From contig NC_043003.1 in NCBI RefSeq assembly GCF_006345805.1, forward strand, positions 61,318,001-61,382,000: a stretch of 64,000 nucleotides of DNA. The letters run 5' to 3'. A program made the position numbers and the translations under genes. The notes below the pieces were generated by a model. That model was not told the origin of the DNA. It saw only the letters and a program-made list of their open reading frames with translations, and did no database searches. Shown here one piece after another: positions 39,373 to 52,852 of the stretch. Source of the stretch: Octopus sinensis. Lineage: Eukaryota. Position 1 is the stretch's first letter. Every line of letters begins with the position of its first letter.

Positions 39373-39692
39373 GAAGGCACGTGGCTCAGTGATTAGAGCG
39401 TCGAGCTTACGACCGTGAGGTTGTGAGTTCGAATCCCGGACCGGGCTGCGTGTTGTGTTCTTGAGCAGGACGCTTTATTTCACGTTGCTCCAGTTCAATG
39501 AGGTGCGACGTCACAGGCGCCAAGCTGTATCGGCCCTTGCCTTTCCCTTGGATAACACTGGTGGCGTGGAGAGGGGAGGCCGGTATGCATGGGCAACTGC
39601 TGGTCTTCCATAACAACTTTGCCTGGACTTGTGCCTGGGAGGGTAACTTTCTAGGTGCAATCCCACGGTCAGTTATGACCGAAGGGGTTCTC
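39373..39692 (+). mobile_element. SINE family C, tail type 1
   Basis: tRNA-like head GAAGGCACGTGGCTCAGTGATTAGAGCG...GAGTTCGAATCCCGG, core, and tail ..CCTTGGATAACACTGGTGGCGTGGAGAGGGG..GACCGAAGGGG. Confidence 0.85.
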
Positions 39693-41316
39693 AGTGTTTT
39701 ATACTTGTTTGAGTTAATAAATATATCCTCCGAGAGTGTATAAAAACTTCTGAAATGCACCTTGTGAATTCGTTCTTTTAACTCTTTTCAATGTTCTTTT
39801 TTATATGTTAATCTTTTATTTATTTATCTATCCATTTATTTATTTCTAGCTCTGTTCTTCTTCCACAACTTTTCTTTATCGTTTTTAAAATTTGAATGAA
39901 TTTTACTTTTTTGAAAACATATGATGATGAAGTGCCAAGTAGAGAAAAACGAATTTAATTGACAACCAAAGACTTTAATGAATGAACACTTAATTGCGTC
40001 TAAATTACAAAATGAATTTAATAAAGAACCAATATTAGTACTGTTTCTCATTACTTCTTCCTTCAATTTTTCTTGTAATGAAGAATAACATGATAGCAGA
40101 CGACGTTTTGGAATCGGTTTTGAATATAAAGACAAATTCTTCTATGATGATTTGCATGTTTATTCTTAACATGTTCCGGCAATTTGGAACGTATATATGC
40201 AATTCGCTGTTGTGTTCGTCACTAGAGAACAGCTTCTCCTTTACGACGGCTGCCGTCAGAACACACTTGTATCATAAATACTAGGGATTCTGGGACACCG
40301 GTGTATCATCATATTGTGTCTCATCGGTCAGAAGTACCCGGACCAATGAAACTAACAAGTGCCGACTTCCAGTGAGCAAACTGTTCACAGATCCGCGATG
40401 ATATCTACCAACCGTTGATAAACCTCCTTTGTTAATCTAATATCTCAGATTATGTTCTTTTGTAAGTTTGAATTTCCTTTTTTTATATAGCTTGATCAGG
40501 AGGAAAGAGTTGTGCCCATGGCTTTTTAATCATAAGAGTGTTCGATCTGAAAGGATTAAATATAGCATTTTACTATACTTAGTCCTTTCTAAATACAATA
40601 AATTCACGTGGTGTATTGGTTAAGGTGTGCGTTGGTCTTACGATCGTAAGACCATGTGTTCTGTTGATGGATACATTGATACGTTAAGTCCATGAGCAAA
40701 GCAATTCAGTTCACGTTGCCCTAGTCTACTCAGCCAAAACTGAGTGTCCGTCTAATACTAGTGGAGTTCTCCCTTCCTCTACATATATCTTCGGTATCAC
40801 GCTCGGTCAAAGACCGAGACAGTGTCTGTCTACTGGCGATTATATTGATGCATAAAACCCACGACTGGCACAAATTGCCAACCCATACTCGCTTGTGAGG
40901 AAATGCTTGGATTTGAATACAGAAAATAGCTTTGCTGTATTTAGCTGAATCCGCCAGAGTCGAGACCTTGCTTTTCATCCTTCCGGGGCCAGTGGCACAA
41001 ATACTAATCAAGTATCGATGTCAAATAATCGACGTTACTTGTGATAGCGAACCAATAACACGTGTGTGGTTTGTGACACCCGGACGAATTTTTAGGTGAC
41101 ATGCAATGAACTTTGAAAGGGAACAGGAACAATCTCCCAGCAGTCTCATACTATACAAAGAGAATGTGCTATTTGGCAAATAATCTTAAAAAGTTTATGT
41201 GTGTGTATAAGCACCTACATGCCCAGACACACACACACGCCTACACACACACATACACACATACACACATATATACATACATATACATGCACACACACAC
41301 ACACACACACACACAC

Positions 41317-41349
<33 letters not shown>

Positions 41350-43334
41350 TACTCAAAGAAATTCCAACTTTGATTTTCACATTTTATTTACAATCTTATA
41401 ATAATATATTATAATATAATGAAATGATAGAATATTAAATGTTCATTCTGATTAAACTAGTACTTTCATTCATTAAACTATGCAATCTTCAGGTTCATGC
41501 AGTGGTGGTGACAGTTATGTTTTACAATTTACAACTGTACGTATTTCTTAAAATTTCATGTTATCTTTAATTAAGCTTCTAGCTTTATAACTATATATCT
41601 TTTAAAATAGACTTGATTCGGTTTCTCCGAGGTATTCGTCACTAAGGAAATCAAATCATGTCGAAACGCAGTGTATGACGATCCACTGGTAATCTGAGTA
41701 AAGCTTTGTGTTTTTTAACGCATAAGTCACATTGATAAATTTTCTCTGGGGCGAAATATTACAGCCAGTGCCATTCGACGCCTGTATAAACATAAATATT
41801 CACGTTTTAAAGTTATCTCTAAAGATTTCCTATAGAATTTAGAGCGAACTCTGAAATTTACGACGTTTCATATGTGAATACGTCTATGTAAACAAAGTGA
41901 CTGAAGATAGAAAAATATGCAATAGGTGTATATACACATTTCAATAGTTATTGCTCCTTCTTCAGCACCACAATTTATCAATTACCTACGAACACACATC
42001 TTAAATAGCCAACTAAATTTAGTGATGTTACACAACTGGGTATACCAATTTTACATATTAGACATATTCCTTCTAAATTGTACGTGCACATCAATTACTG
42101 GTAGGGGCGCTGTATTCTGCTATGCAACCATAATATACTATAAAGTATATTAAAGGCTCATAATTCAATACCGTGTTCCACCTGTGTTAGCAGTGCTATT
42201 CAGTTACTTTATAAAGTTATCTGTATAGATTTTCTATTGAAATTAGAGCAGCTCAGAAAGTCACAACATACGTATACGAATATGCATAAACACCCATTAC
42301 CTATTTTTCTATCTTCCATCACATTGTTAATATAGACGTATTCGTATATGAAACGTCTTAACTGTTAGTGTTGGCTCTAATTTCTAGAGAAAATCTAGAG
42401 ATAATTTTAAAAAGTGATTGAATTGCAGTGCTAATACGGGTGTGTCTTATATTCACTTATATTCTTTTAATACATTTGGTAGTTAATATGTTTGCTTAAC
42501 GAAATACGGTATCCCAACCAGCAATTAATTCAAATATTATGCACGCCGTCATTTTAAAGTAGTTTTCGGTCAAGAAATGAATATATCACAGTAAAGATTG
42601 TCGTAGAACAAGATGTAAACTTCCGGATAGCACTGTAGAGGTAACACCCCGGAGATTACGCCATTCTATTTTGATTTATGGGTTGAATAGCATCGCAAGT
42701 ATTGCTGCTAATGCCTTTATGCAATTTGTTTCCTTCCCAAGAGCATTAGCCTCGTAAACAGCTTTCCCACTGTCTCAATTGAATATTATAAAGCTTTTAG
42801 TCTCCAGTAGCCACCTCAGTAACCGCAATACAAAAACAAAATAGAAAAGAGAAACTGATAAATGAACATGACACAGCCTGATTTCCATTTTACTCCAAAT
42901 TGGAAACATTGTGATTATATCGATCTGTCTTTATTTATCTCATGGGAGCGTTCATGTACATTGAATAAACAGAGATGATACACATTGAGTAAATTGATGT
43001 TGTTTTTCATTATTTGCAGCATCAAGACAAACTGAGTATTTACTATAAATCATGAAATACAAAACCCTTACTGTCGATTCTTAGGAATTCAATAGCGGTG
43101 ACTCTTCGCTTAAAAGCTGATCAGTACTAATCGGGTAAACATTTTGTTCAAAGACATTCCAGCCGTGAACACCTCGTCTTTTTTGTGCGGTGTATCTCGA
43201 CCTTCATTGTCTTATTTTTAGACAGTAGTGTGTGAGTGGAAGAAGATTTCGGTCGTCATTTGTAGCAGGTTCATCTGCCATGTTGGTTCGTATAGAGTAA
43301 CGTGTTGAAATTACTAGACTTACTCGGAGCATAC

Positions 43335-43772
43335 ACTCTTTTACTCTTTTAATTGTTTCAGACATTTGACTGTGGCCATGCTGGAGCACCGCCTTTAATC
43401 GAGCAAACCGACACCAGGACTTATTCTTTGGAAGCCCAGTACTTATTCTATCGATTTCTTTTGCCAAACCACTAAGTTACCAGCATCGGTTGTCAAGCGA
43501 TGTTGGGGTGGGGGACAAACACAGGCACACAAACGTACACACACATACATACACATACACACACACACATACACACTCACACATACACACACACACACAC
43601 ATATACATATATATATATGACAGGCTTCTTTCAGTTTCCGTCAACCAAATCCACTCACAAGGCTTTTTGGTCGGCCCGAGGCTATAGTAGAAGACACTTG
43701 CCCAAGGTCCATGTAGTGGGACTGAACCCGGTTGGTAAGCAAGCTACTTACCACGCAGCCACTCCTACGCCT
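43335..43772 (-). mobile_element. SINE family B
   Basis: Head, internal (CA)n and tail. Confidence 0.85.
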
Positions 43773-43994
43773 ATATAATAACGACTTATGAACAAAAGAG
43801 TAACGATGATGACCAACCAACCTTCCTCTTGGTTGGCATGGTTGTATGATTAAGAAATTGGTTTTGAAATTATGCGGTTCCAGGTTCGATTCCACTGCGT
43901 GACACGTTTGGCTTGTATGTTGTATCCTAAGAAATTGGAATGTGGTAGACGGAAGCTACATACATATATTCATGCACACATGCATGCATGCACT

Positions 43995-44293
43995 CCGTCG
44001 ATTACGACGACGAGGGTTCCTGTTGATCCGATCAACGGAACAGCTTGCTCGTGCGATTAACGTGCAGGTGGCTGAGCATTCCACAGACATGCGAACCCCT
44101 TCACATACTTCTTAGAGGGATTCAGCTTGACACAGTGTGTGATAAGGCTGGTCCCTTGAAATACGGGTACTGAGTGGACTGGAGCAACGTGAAATAAAGT
44201 GTCTTGCTCAATGACACAACGCGCCGCCGGGAATCGAACTCGTGACCTTATGATCGCGAGCCGAATACTCTAACCACTAAGCCACGCGCCTTC
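43995..44293 (-). mobile_element. SINE family C, tail type 2
   Basis: Reverse complement of the 21185-21510 type. Confidence 0.8.
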
Positions 44294-44307
44294 ACACACA
44301 CACACAT

Positions 44308-44379
<72 letters not shown>

Positions 44380-44572
44380 GGTTTTACTCTAGGCACAAGG
44401 CCCGAAATTTTGGGGGAAGTGGCCAGTCGATTGGATCGACCCCGAAAGGATGAAAGGCTAAGCTGACCTCGGTGGAAAACACACATATATATACATATAT
44501 ATATTTATATATATACATACATTTATATATGTGTATATATATATATGTATGTATAATATATACATATATATA

Positions 44573-44614
<42 letters not shown>

Positions 44615-44791
44615 ACTTGTATGTATTATGCATACATATATACATATATATATACATGTATATGTATATATGTATACCTAGAAACACGCACAAATACACA
44701 TACATATATATATATACACATATAGTGAGAGAAGAGAGAGGGGGAGAGAGTGTGAAAAGGATTGTGTATGTATGTGTGTGCATGTGTGTGC

Positions 44792-44835
<44 letters not shown>

Positions 44836-45393
44836 GGAAGAGAGACGGAGAGTGATGCTAAAATCGTATCCAACGTTAATTAAAACTGGCTACGTTCCGA
44901 ATTTCAGATCCGAGGAAAGTGAAATTAGCCAATTAATTAAGCTCGTATTCATAATCAGCTGTTAATGTGCGGTCTTCAATTGATGCGTTTACACTTTCGC
45001 TGTTAAGGTCACTGGGCTAAAAGTATGAACAATATAACAAGGATTTTTCTTCTCAAACTACACCCAACTACGTCCAAGAGAGAGAGAGATGTTGGCCAAT
45101 ATAGGCCTAGATACGCAATTCCTGAGAGAAGGCCAGGATATCTCGTGTACATATATATATATATTACGGAGACGTACTTGCATAACAAGTGACCTGATGT
45201 GAGATCGTGTGCTGGAACGAAAATAATTGCAGCGTGGAAGGTGTTTATAAGCCATTTAAGAAGCACACAAAAACCAATAGATTCACTTCAGCATTTAAAT
45301 TTTATTTGCCAAAATATTTTCGTCGCTTTGAAACCGCGACGTGTTCACTGACAAAATTCCGTGCTGCATCTCTATATATATATGGTATATGCT

Positions 45394-45463
45394 TGGCTGA
45401 TGAAGATAGAATAAGATATGGGTGGCAGACATATCTTGTAAAATCTGAAACCTGCAGGTCCCA
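45394..45463 (+). ncRNA. Type I hammerhead ribozyme, intact core, extended stem II
   Basis: TGG-CTGATGA-AGAT[AGAAT AAGATATG GGTGGCAGA CATATCTT GTAAA]ATCT-GAA-ACC TGCA GGT-C-CCA; GUC site. Confidence 0.8.
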
Positions 45464-45821
45464 CATTATCCTTTTCCGGGTATTTCATCTTTCAGATGTT
45501 CTCCCTGGAGGTAAGACGTTTTTCTCTAGTTTGTTGCACACACGCATTTTTACTAATACATACGCGGTGAAGCTATACATTAGCGTCGTATTTTTACCTT
45601 CGCTATTTCCAGTAAATATCGGTACTTAGTTGTGCCATTTATTTACTACTTTGTGTAATTTTCACTCACGGGCTATTCTTTACTGGAAGGCGATACTTTG
45701 TATTGCATTACTAATTTATTGAAGCTTCTTCACCGTTTTTCGTACTGTTGGCGTTCCGCGTTTCAGTCGAGTGTAATAGTATTAATGTGGTAACATCGTA
45801 GATTTCGTCATGGTATATGCT

Positions 45822-45891
45822 TGGCTGATGAAGATAGAATAAGATATGGGTGGCAGACATATCTTGTAAAATCTGAAACCTGCAGGTCCCA
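45822..45891 (+). ncRNA. Type I hammerhead ribozyme, second identical copy
   Basis: Identical to 45394-45463. Confidence 0.8.
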
Positions 45892-46088
45892 CATTATCCT
45901 TTTCCGGGTATTTCATCTTTCAGATGTTCTCCCTGGAGGTAAGACGTTTTTCTCTAGTTTGTTGCACACACGCATTTTTACTAATACATACGCGGTGAAG
46001 CTATACATTAGCGTCGTATTTTTACCTTCGCTATTTCGTAAATATCGGTACTTAGTTGTGCCATTATTTACTACTTTGTATATATATA

Positions 46089-46119
<31 letters not shown>

Positions 46120-46899
46120 GTTCAAAAGTCCTTCTCGAGCCATAGGTTGATAAGATCGGTTCCCATGATTCTGTGGTGTCTCACCGATCCCCGATCCAAA
46201 GGAGACGCCGATTCTTTGCAGGGTTGATCATTTTTGACAGCTGAGCGGCCTAGTGCAACGTAAAATGAAGTGTTTTGTATCGCCCGTAGCAGGAATTAAA
46301 ACTACATGTATGTGTGTATGTACGTACGTATGTACGTATGTATGTACATGAGTATATGTATATATAATTCATATTTATATATATATATATAGGTTAAAGA
46401 AGTATATATGTGTGTGCGTGTGCGTGTGTGTGCGCATGCGCGTGAACGTGTGTACGTGTGTGTGGACTGGGTGTTCGGGATAAATTTGACAGTTTGCATA
46501 AAAAGAAAAGAAAGCATAACATTACGTTCAGAAAGAAAGATACTTTAAAAAATTTTTAAATATCAATTAGATTAAAACTGGGTGATAACAGCTTACTGAA
46601 AATAGCTGCACTTCTACAAGGGTCCGGAACCTGACGCATGCGTTCCTCACTATATCCCATAGAAGATCTTCGAACTAGTTCTTGATCTTGTCCAAAAGCG
46701 TTTAGTGTCTTTCTTAGCTGGGATCTACACCATATATGCCCCTGGTTGCGTTTTCGCAACGCAAAACCTGCTCCTACTTGTGTTGGACATGAACTTGCCA
46801 GGAAGCATCTCACTGAACATACGAAATGTTCAGTAGGTAGTCGACACCCGTAGCTAACAGTTGCATACTGTCCTTCTCTTCCAGATTGTGAAAGCTTAC

Positions 46900-47330
46900 C
46901 ATAAAGTTTAATCTAAATACAGTGAAATTTTAAGACTTCATTGGTGGGGGCATAATAATCCCTGGGATTACACTCGAAGGAATTAGGGAGCCATAAAATG
47001 AGGTTGGCGAAATCGTACAAATTCTCTGACAACCACTTCTGACTCTTTCCGGAGGTATAGCAAAGACCTGAATCTTGCTGTTACACATATGGCATTCCAG
47101 CTGCAACCATTTCCAACCATTCATTGACCACAGTCACCAGCAGTTGCACATAGCCGTCTGAACAGAGTCTGAGGCCCTGTTAAAAAAAGTGGAGACAACT
47201 AATTTTAAGGGAACTTGACTTTCATGATGTCCAAGTCACGTCTTAAAGCCTTTACACAGTTCAGAGGGTAATGAGCAGCAGTCATGTCGGTATGTTTGTA
47301 TCCGGTGTGAATCATTATGACAAAGGTAAC
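46900..47330 (-). mobile_element. Tc1/mariner-superfamily transposase remnant
   Basis: Minus translation ..PYV*QQDSGLCYTSGKSQKWLSENLYDF..WLPNSFECNPRDYY resembles the QQD.A..H / WPPNSPDCNP.DY motifs. Confidence 0.7.
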
Positions 47331-47549
47331 TTTTTCAATATTCAAATGGCTTCTAGTCCTTTCTGACAGCTAACTTTTTTTAAACTACAACTTTTATCTT
47401 TATGCTCTTCAACACTTTTGATTGGTCACCAAATACACGAAGCTGTATCTGAGATAAAAGAGGCATTAAAACAATCGTTATTTTTTTTTAGTGAACGCCC
47501 TGTACATATATGTGTGTGCATGTGTAAGTGTGTACGTGTGTGTATGAAT

Positions 47550-47663
<114 letters not shown>

Positions 47664-47779
47664 ATATATATATTTATGTATGTATGTATGTATATATGTA
47701 TGTATATAGAGGGAGAGAATCAGATGAATATGGTACTTAAGTTGAGGCACCAGAATTTAGTACGGTATTATCCGTACAA

Positions 47780-48210
47780 TTTCAAAGAAAGGTGATTAAA
47801 ATCAAAATAAGCAACAAGGATATCCAGAGGTAATGCAGTACGATTGTTTCATGCAACTCCATTTAATTGAACAATGCAATTATTTCATCAATTGAGAATG
47901 CAGAGCAATCTTCAGCTGCACAAAGACATAGAATTTAATGAAATTAGAACAGATGCACACATTAGTAAAAGAACAGCATGTTCTTTGTCTATCTCCTTAA
48001 CTTCTTGGAGATTTTAGGTATAATTATACTAACGTGTCCATCTGCTCAAATTTAATTAGATTCTATGTCTTTGTGCAGCTGATTGCTCTGCATTTTAAAC
48101 TGATGTAATGATTGTATTGTTCAATTAAATGGAGTTGCATGAAACGATCATACTGCATTACCTCTGGATATCCTTGTTGCTTATTTTGATTTTAATCACC
48201 TTACTTTGAA
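47780..48210. mobile_element. Fold-back MITE-like element (~190-bp inverted arms)
   Basis: AAGGTGATTAAAATCAAAATAAGCAACAAGGATATCCAGAGGTAATGCAG... is mirrored by ...CTGCATTACCTCTGGATATCCTTGTTGCTTATTTTGATTTTAATCACCTT. Confidence 0.85.
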
Positions 48211-48400
48211 GATGTATATGTGTGCGTGCGTGTGTGTGTGTGTGTGTGTGTATACATACACGCACACACATGTATGCATGTATATTGCGACAGCCTGGTG
48301 TTCCGTCCAGATGGGGAACCTATGCGCCAATAAAACCGGGAATCCCGCCCTTATGAGCCAGGCATGGCTCGCGAAAGGAACAAACAACACGCATGTATAC

Positions 48401-48432
<32 letters not shown>

Positions 48433-48649
48433 TCCTTCTTCCCTTCTTTCCTGAGCTTCCAATAATACTTTATTTGTTCCACGTCCTCGCGTTGTTGTGT
48501 TTTTTTTATGTTTTCTTGTTTGGATTAACTTTATATATATATATATATATATATATAGGGACCAAAAGCCTAACAAGCCTGCTCAGACGTTTCCAACTAT
48601 CTGACAGATGCCATTTGAATATCCTAGATGTTCTAATGTGCTATTAGAA

Positions 48650-49770
48650 AAACAATATCTCTTCGCGTAGATCATATCATAAAAGCGTTTTCTGTAGGCC
48701 TCTAGGTAAAGATGGTGTAGGTTGCTCCTAATTTAAAATCGTCGACTACACAAGCCGCAAATTTGTGATCTGTAAGATCGACCTAGAGAGGCTTCATAAG
48801 TAGAGACCCGGATGCTGGCATTTAGACACGTTTTTCCGTCACGCGAAGCTCACAGAGATCGGATTAATGAATTTCTTCTGCAGACGTTGACGGGGATATT
48901 CTTTAGCAACTAATAGTGATTCACCCTGAAAAGTACCATAAGTGCAAAATCGATAAGGTTTAATAAAGTTCTGGTGATTATAAGAAACTAGATTGGAGAC
49001 AGACCAAGTTAGAAACTTCGAAGAATCTTTTAGGAAAGGGGTCATGGCCGATGCATTTGCTACGATATTGGTCCTAGAATAATTCTTCAGCATGATGCTC
49101 TAAGATACAAGGGGACTAAAACTGTCCAATATGCTCGAGATGCAGGGGCTCAACTTCGCAACAAAACAACAGATCAGTTTTTGGTAGACCATAATGTGAG
49201 AAAGGACCAGAATAACAGATGAGCATATTTTAAAATTTTTACGACTCATAACTCTGCTAAATGCAGATTGCAAAATTTTGTACAAATTTTTAGTGTAGTG
49301 TTTAGCTCTTGACGTCAGTAGTTTTATTAGTGATACACCATCCCCTACGCACTTATCTGCGACAATCCCCACCTCATACAATACATCATTTAGAGCACCA
49401 GTAAGTGACCTGGCACTGGTGGGGGCAAGATCATCTTACATCAATCGATAGCTTTCAATAAAGTCGACCACCAATACTTGGCGGCTGCCCTTACAGCAGC
49501 TAGTTTCGGTCTTGTCTTCAGGGACTGGATCGCCGCACTGTACTGCGACATCCGTTCGGTGATTAGAGTTATCTTCCACCTATTACAAGCATTGGATATC
49601 AAGCACTCAGTCAGTCAGCATTGTCCCTTCTCATTTTTTCTGTACTAATTGACTCTTGAGACATTACTACGGAAAGTAAAGGGACTGAGAAGCATTCAGG
49701 GAGAACAAGAGTAAGAAAGGCTTTTATTGATATATGCAGACGACCTCACCGTAATAGTGTCTAGTTCGCC
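48650..49770 (+). mobile_element. Decayed Tx1/L1-like LINE (APE C-terminus to RT)
   Basis: Pieces translate as RPGCWHLDT (cf. GPGYWKLN), AFNKVDHQYLAAAL..FGLVFRDWIAALY and LLIYADDLTVIVS. Confidence 0.75.
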
Positions 49771-50689
49771 TATTGAATCTCACCAATGGCCTTTAACAAT
49801 TCGAAATTGAAATTCGAGTCAAGACAAACGTTTCAATTTTGCATTTAACTTCAAATAGATCCTCAGTTTATTTGGTAAAGTCCGTGGATCATATCGGGTT
49901 AAGCAATTTATTGACGTCAGTTACATAGCTTTTCAAACTAACATGCGATATATCGTTTTGTCTATGTCTATTACTTCGATATCATAAATATTTAAACGTT
50001 TCTGACAGATATTATATTTCTTCTATGTAGCTACATCACTGATTCAGTGTGATTTCTGTCAGCTTAAGTTGGACTTCAGAAATGACAGATTTCACATAAA
50101 TTGTAAGGCTAGAATTCAAAGATATGTGTTATTAAAAAAAAATACCTACCGCTGTTGTTGCAGTTGTTGTTGTTGCTGCTGCTGATGATGATGATGATCA
50201 TGATGATGATAATGATGATGAAGTTATTCTTGTTTTTTCAGCATATTATCATTTATAACATTAAAATGTGTCGCAGTGGGAATTAAGATTTTGAGAAAAC
50301 TACACTGATTACAATATTGGTGAAGAAGAGCAGTCAGACGGAGCTGAATTCTTAATTGTATAGCACAAATAATTAATTATCTTGAATCCAGGAAAAAAGT
50401 CACATGCAAAAAAAAAATTATCAGAAAAGTCACGAAAAAATTTAAAGTACACAACACGTTATGTCTTCAACTTTTATCTGTTACTTGTTTCAATGATTGA
50501 ATTGCGACCACGCTGGGGTATCGCATCGAAGATATCTGGTCGGTTGTGTTTTAAATAAGAGGATATTCTACCAATACTCTTTTGACTTGTCGGTCTCAAT
50601 ATAGTCAACTTCGTCATTAAGTGTTTTCCTTTTTGTTATTCTGTTCGAGAATGTTCCGGCTACCACTTTTCCAGTTCTATATTTAAGAG

Positions 50690-51995
50690 ATGAGGAATTA
50701 TGTACATTATTTGCATTCGAAGTCCGGCTGGTATACCCTCCAGCCTTCATCAGGTGTCTTGGGAAAATTTCGAACCTGGGTTCTCATTCCTATTATTAAT
50801 ATTATTATTCAGGTCACTGCCTGGAATCGAACGTCGGTATCTTGGTGTTAGTAGCTTGCGCTCTTAACCACTTCCCGTCAGCAATTATGGCGTGAATTTT
50901 TAGGGCTTATAAATCTAATATTTTTCTATCCTTCCTTAATACCGGTTTCTATATGCAATTCATATCTGCACTCGGTCTACTTAGGAGGTTGTTGTGTCCT
51001 AGCGTATGTGCTGCTTCTTTTAGTTTTCGTATTTTCCAGTGGTGTTCTCTGTCTATTATTTGAATTTCATCCCATAGGGGGAGATGCTCTCCATTTTTCC
51101 ATACATGATCAGCTATACCCGATTTATCAATATCTCCTCGTGTCACATCTTTGCGATGTTCGTCTACCCTTATTTTGAGGGGGTAGCATGTTTCACCTTT
51201 GTATAACCTTCCACTGCTACATGGGATGGAGTACATGCAATTTTTGATCATATTCTCCTCTATTGGTAGTTTTACTCGAAAGAGATATTTGTGAAGTGTT
51301 GTATTATTCTTGAATACTGTTCTGATATCATATGGGCAGCATATCTTTTGTATTTTTTCGGAGAGGCGTTTCACATAGGGTAGACAGACTGTGGACAATG
51401 TATTGGGTTCATCCTCATAGAAGATAATAAGACCAAAAAGTGCATGTACTCCATCCCATGCAGCTGTGGTAGGTTATACAAAGGCGAAACATGCCACCCC
51501 CTCAAAATAAGTGTAGAAATCGCAAATCTGTGACACGAGGAGATATTGATAAATCGGGTATAGCTGATCATGTATGGAAAAATGGAGACCACCTGCCCCT
51601 ATAAGTTAAAATAATAGACAGAGAACACCACTGGAAAATACGAAAACTAAAAGAAACCGTATATATGGTAGGACACAACAACCTCCTAAGCAAACCGAGT
51701 GCAGATATGAATAACATATGGGAAGCAGATATGAATAGCATATTAAGGAAGAATAGGAAAATATTAGATTTATAAGCCCTAAAATTCACTCCATAATTGC
51801 CCACGGGCGAGCTACTAACCCCAAGATTCCGAGTTCGATTCCAAGCAGTGACCTTAATAACAACAATAATAATATCAAAAACTTAGGAATGAGAAACCAG
51901 GTTCGAAATTTCCCCAAGACACTTGATGAAGGCTGGAGGTATATCAGCCGAAAAGTTGTGTTAACAACAAACGTCGAATGTAAATAATGTACCAC
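50690..51995 (-). mobile_element. Penelope-like GIY-YIG 3' fragment with inverted duplicate and terminal repeats
   Basis: ORF 50949-51398 VCLPYVKRLSEKIQKIC..CMYSIPCSSGRLYKGETCYPLKIRVDEHRK...KIRKLKEA. 51410-51995 is an inverted, partly deleted copy. Confidence 0.88.
51919..51961 (+). ncRNA. Degenerate minimal hammerhead in PLE terminal repeat
   Basis: ACAC-TTGATGA-A-GGCTG GAGGTATAT CAGCC-GAA-AAGT-T-GTGT. The partner copy (minus, 50726-50757) keeps CTGATGA but has lost the GAAAC segment. Confidence 0.6.
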
Positions 51996-52029
51996 TTTTC
52001 CATTTATTAATTTAATCCTTACGCTTCAA

Positions 52030-52740
52030 AAATTTTAATAAGTCACTTAATTATATACTCCATTTCATTGCTCACGACTTGTTGACAACGTTCTACTTGG
52101 TTGTCAATACCTTGACGGTAGAAATCACGTTCCTTGATTTAGAGAATTCATCGAACCACATTTGCAGCTCCATGTTGTTGCTGAACGAAACGCCCTGAAA
52201 CTGTTGAAGGCGCTATATCAGAACACGCTGAGTGCGATAGCACTGCTCTCTCTCTCTCTCTCCCTTCTCTTGAATAACATTTTTGGTCAAATTAGTGACG
52301 TGGGGTAGAGCGTTGCTGTGTTGATGAAACACGTCCTATCGCTGGTTGGTGTGCCACGACTGTGGATGAGCTCGTTCTGTCATCTTCATTGTAGTTTTAA
52401 AACCATTTCTTTGCAGTTCTTTCAGTAACAACACTTCCTCTGTATACAGCACAAATGTCTTTAATGGCTTCGGCACCTTTGGAACTTTGATTGAAAGCCA
52501 AGCGAGGAATGTGTCGGAAAAACACATTAATTTGCGCCTAACAGCATATATCTGCAAACAGGTAAAATCTTTTGAAATTTCAAAAACGATAAACAAACGT
52601 TGTAAGCAAAGACAAGAGATACACAATATATATGTGTGTATATATATATAAAATTTGTCAATTAAATGCATATGCAAATTCATCAACTTTGCTTAATTGC
52701 ATAATCTGGTCTGTAACTTTTAGTAAAAATTGACAAAATC
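52030..52740 (-). mobile_element. Decayed mariner remnant
   Basis: Minus pieces SDIAPS.., VSFSNNMELQMWFDEF and DFYRQGI...VER resemble a mariner C-terminus. Confidence 0.6.
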
Positions 52741-52852
52741 TAACATAAGACTGAACATTTTGATTTGGTATAAATGAAAGTCATTTTGGAATCTTCCAAT
52801 TCCATAATGAGTTCAAATCACACCAACACTTCGTGCTTAAAATCTGCTGGTG

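Larger units (their letters stand above)
45382..46079 (+). repeat. Direct repeat pair (~270 bp; 45382-45654 and 45810-46079), each with a hammerhead; pLTR/retrozyme-like
   Basis: Two nearly identical units separated by ~155 bp and flanked by (TA)n. Confidence 0.85.

Noticed and set aside
40130-40430. CpG-containing segment with ATTTGCAT and CCAAT motifs as a promoter
   Set aside because: Such short motifs occur by chance, and no linked gene or snRNA is identifiable.
49100-49381. Minus ORFs 48839-49381 as a host gene
   Set aside because: They are antisense to the decayed Tx1/L1-like LINE on the plus strand.
49495-49530. Minus-strand CTGAAGA...GAAAC as a hammerhead
   Set aside because: Stems I and II cannot form, and the bases are the antisense of Tx1-like RT coding sequence.
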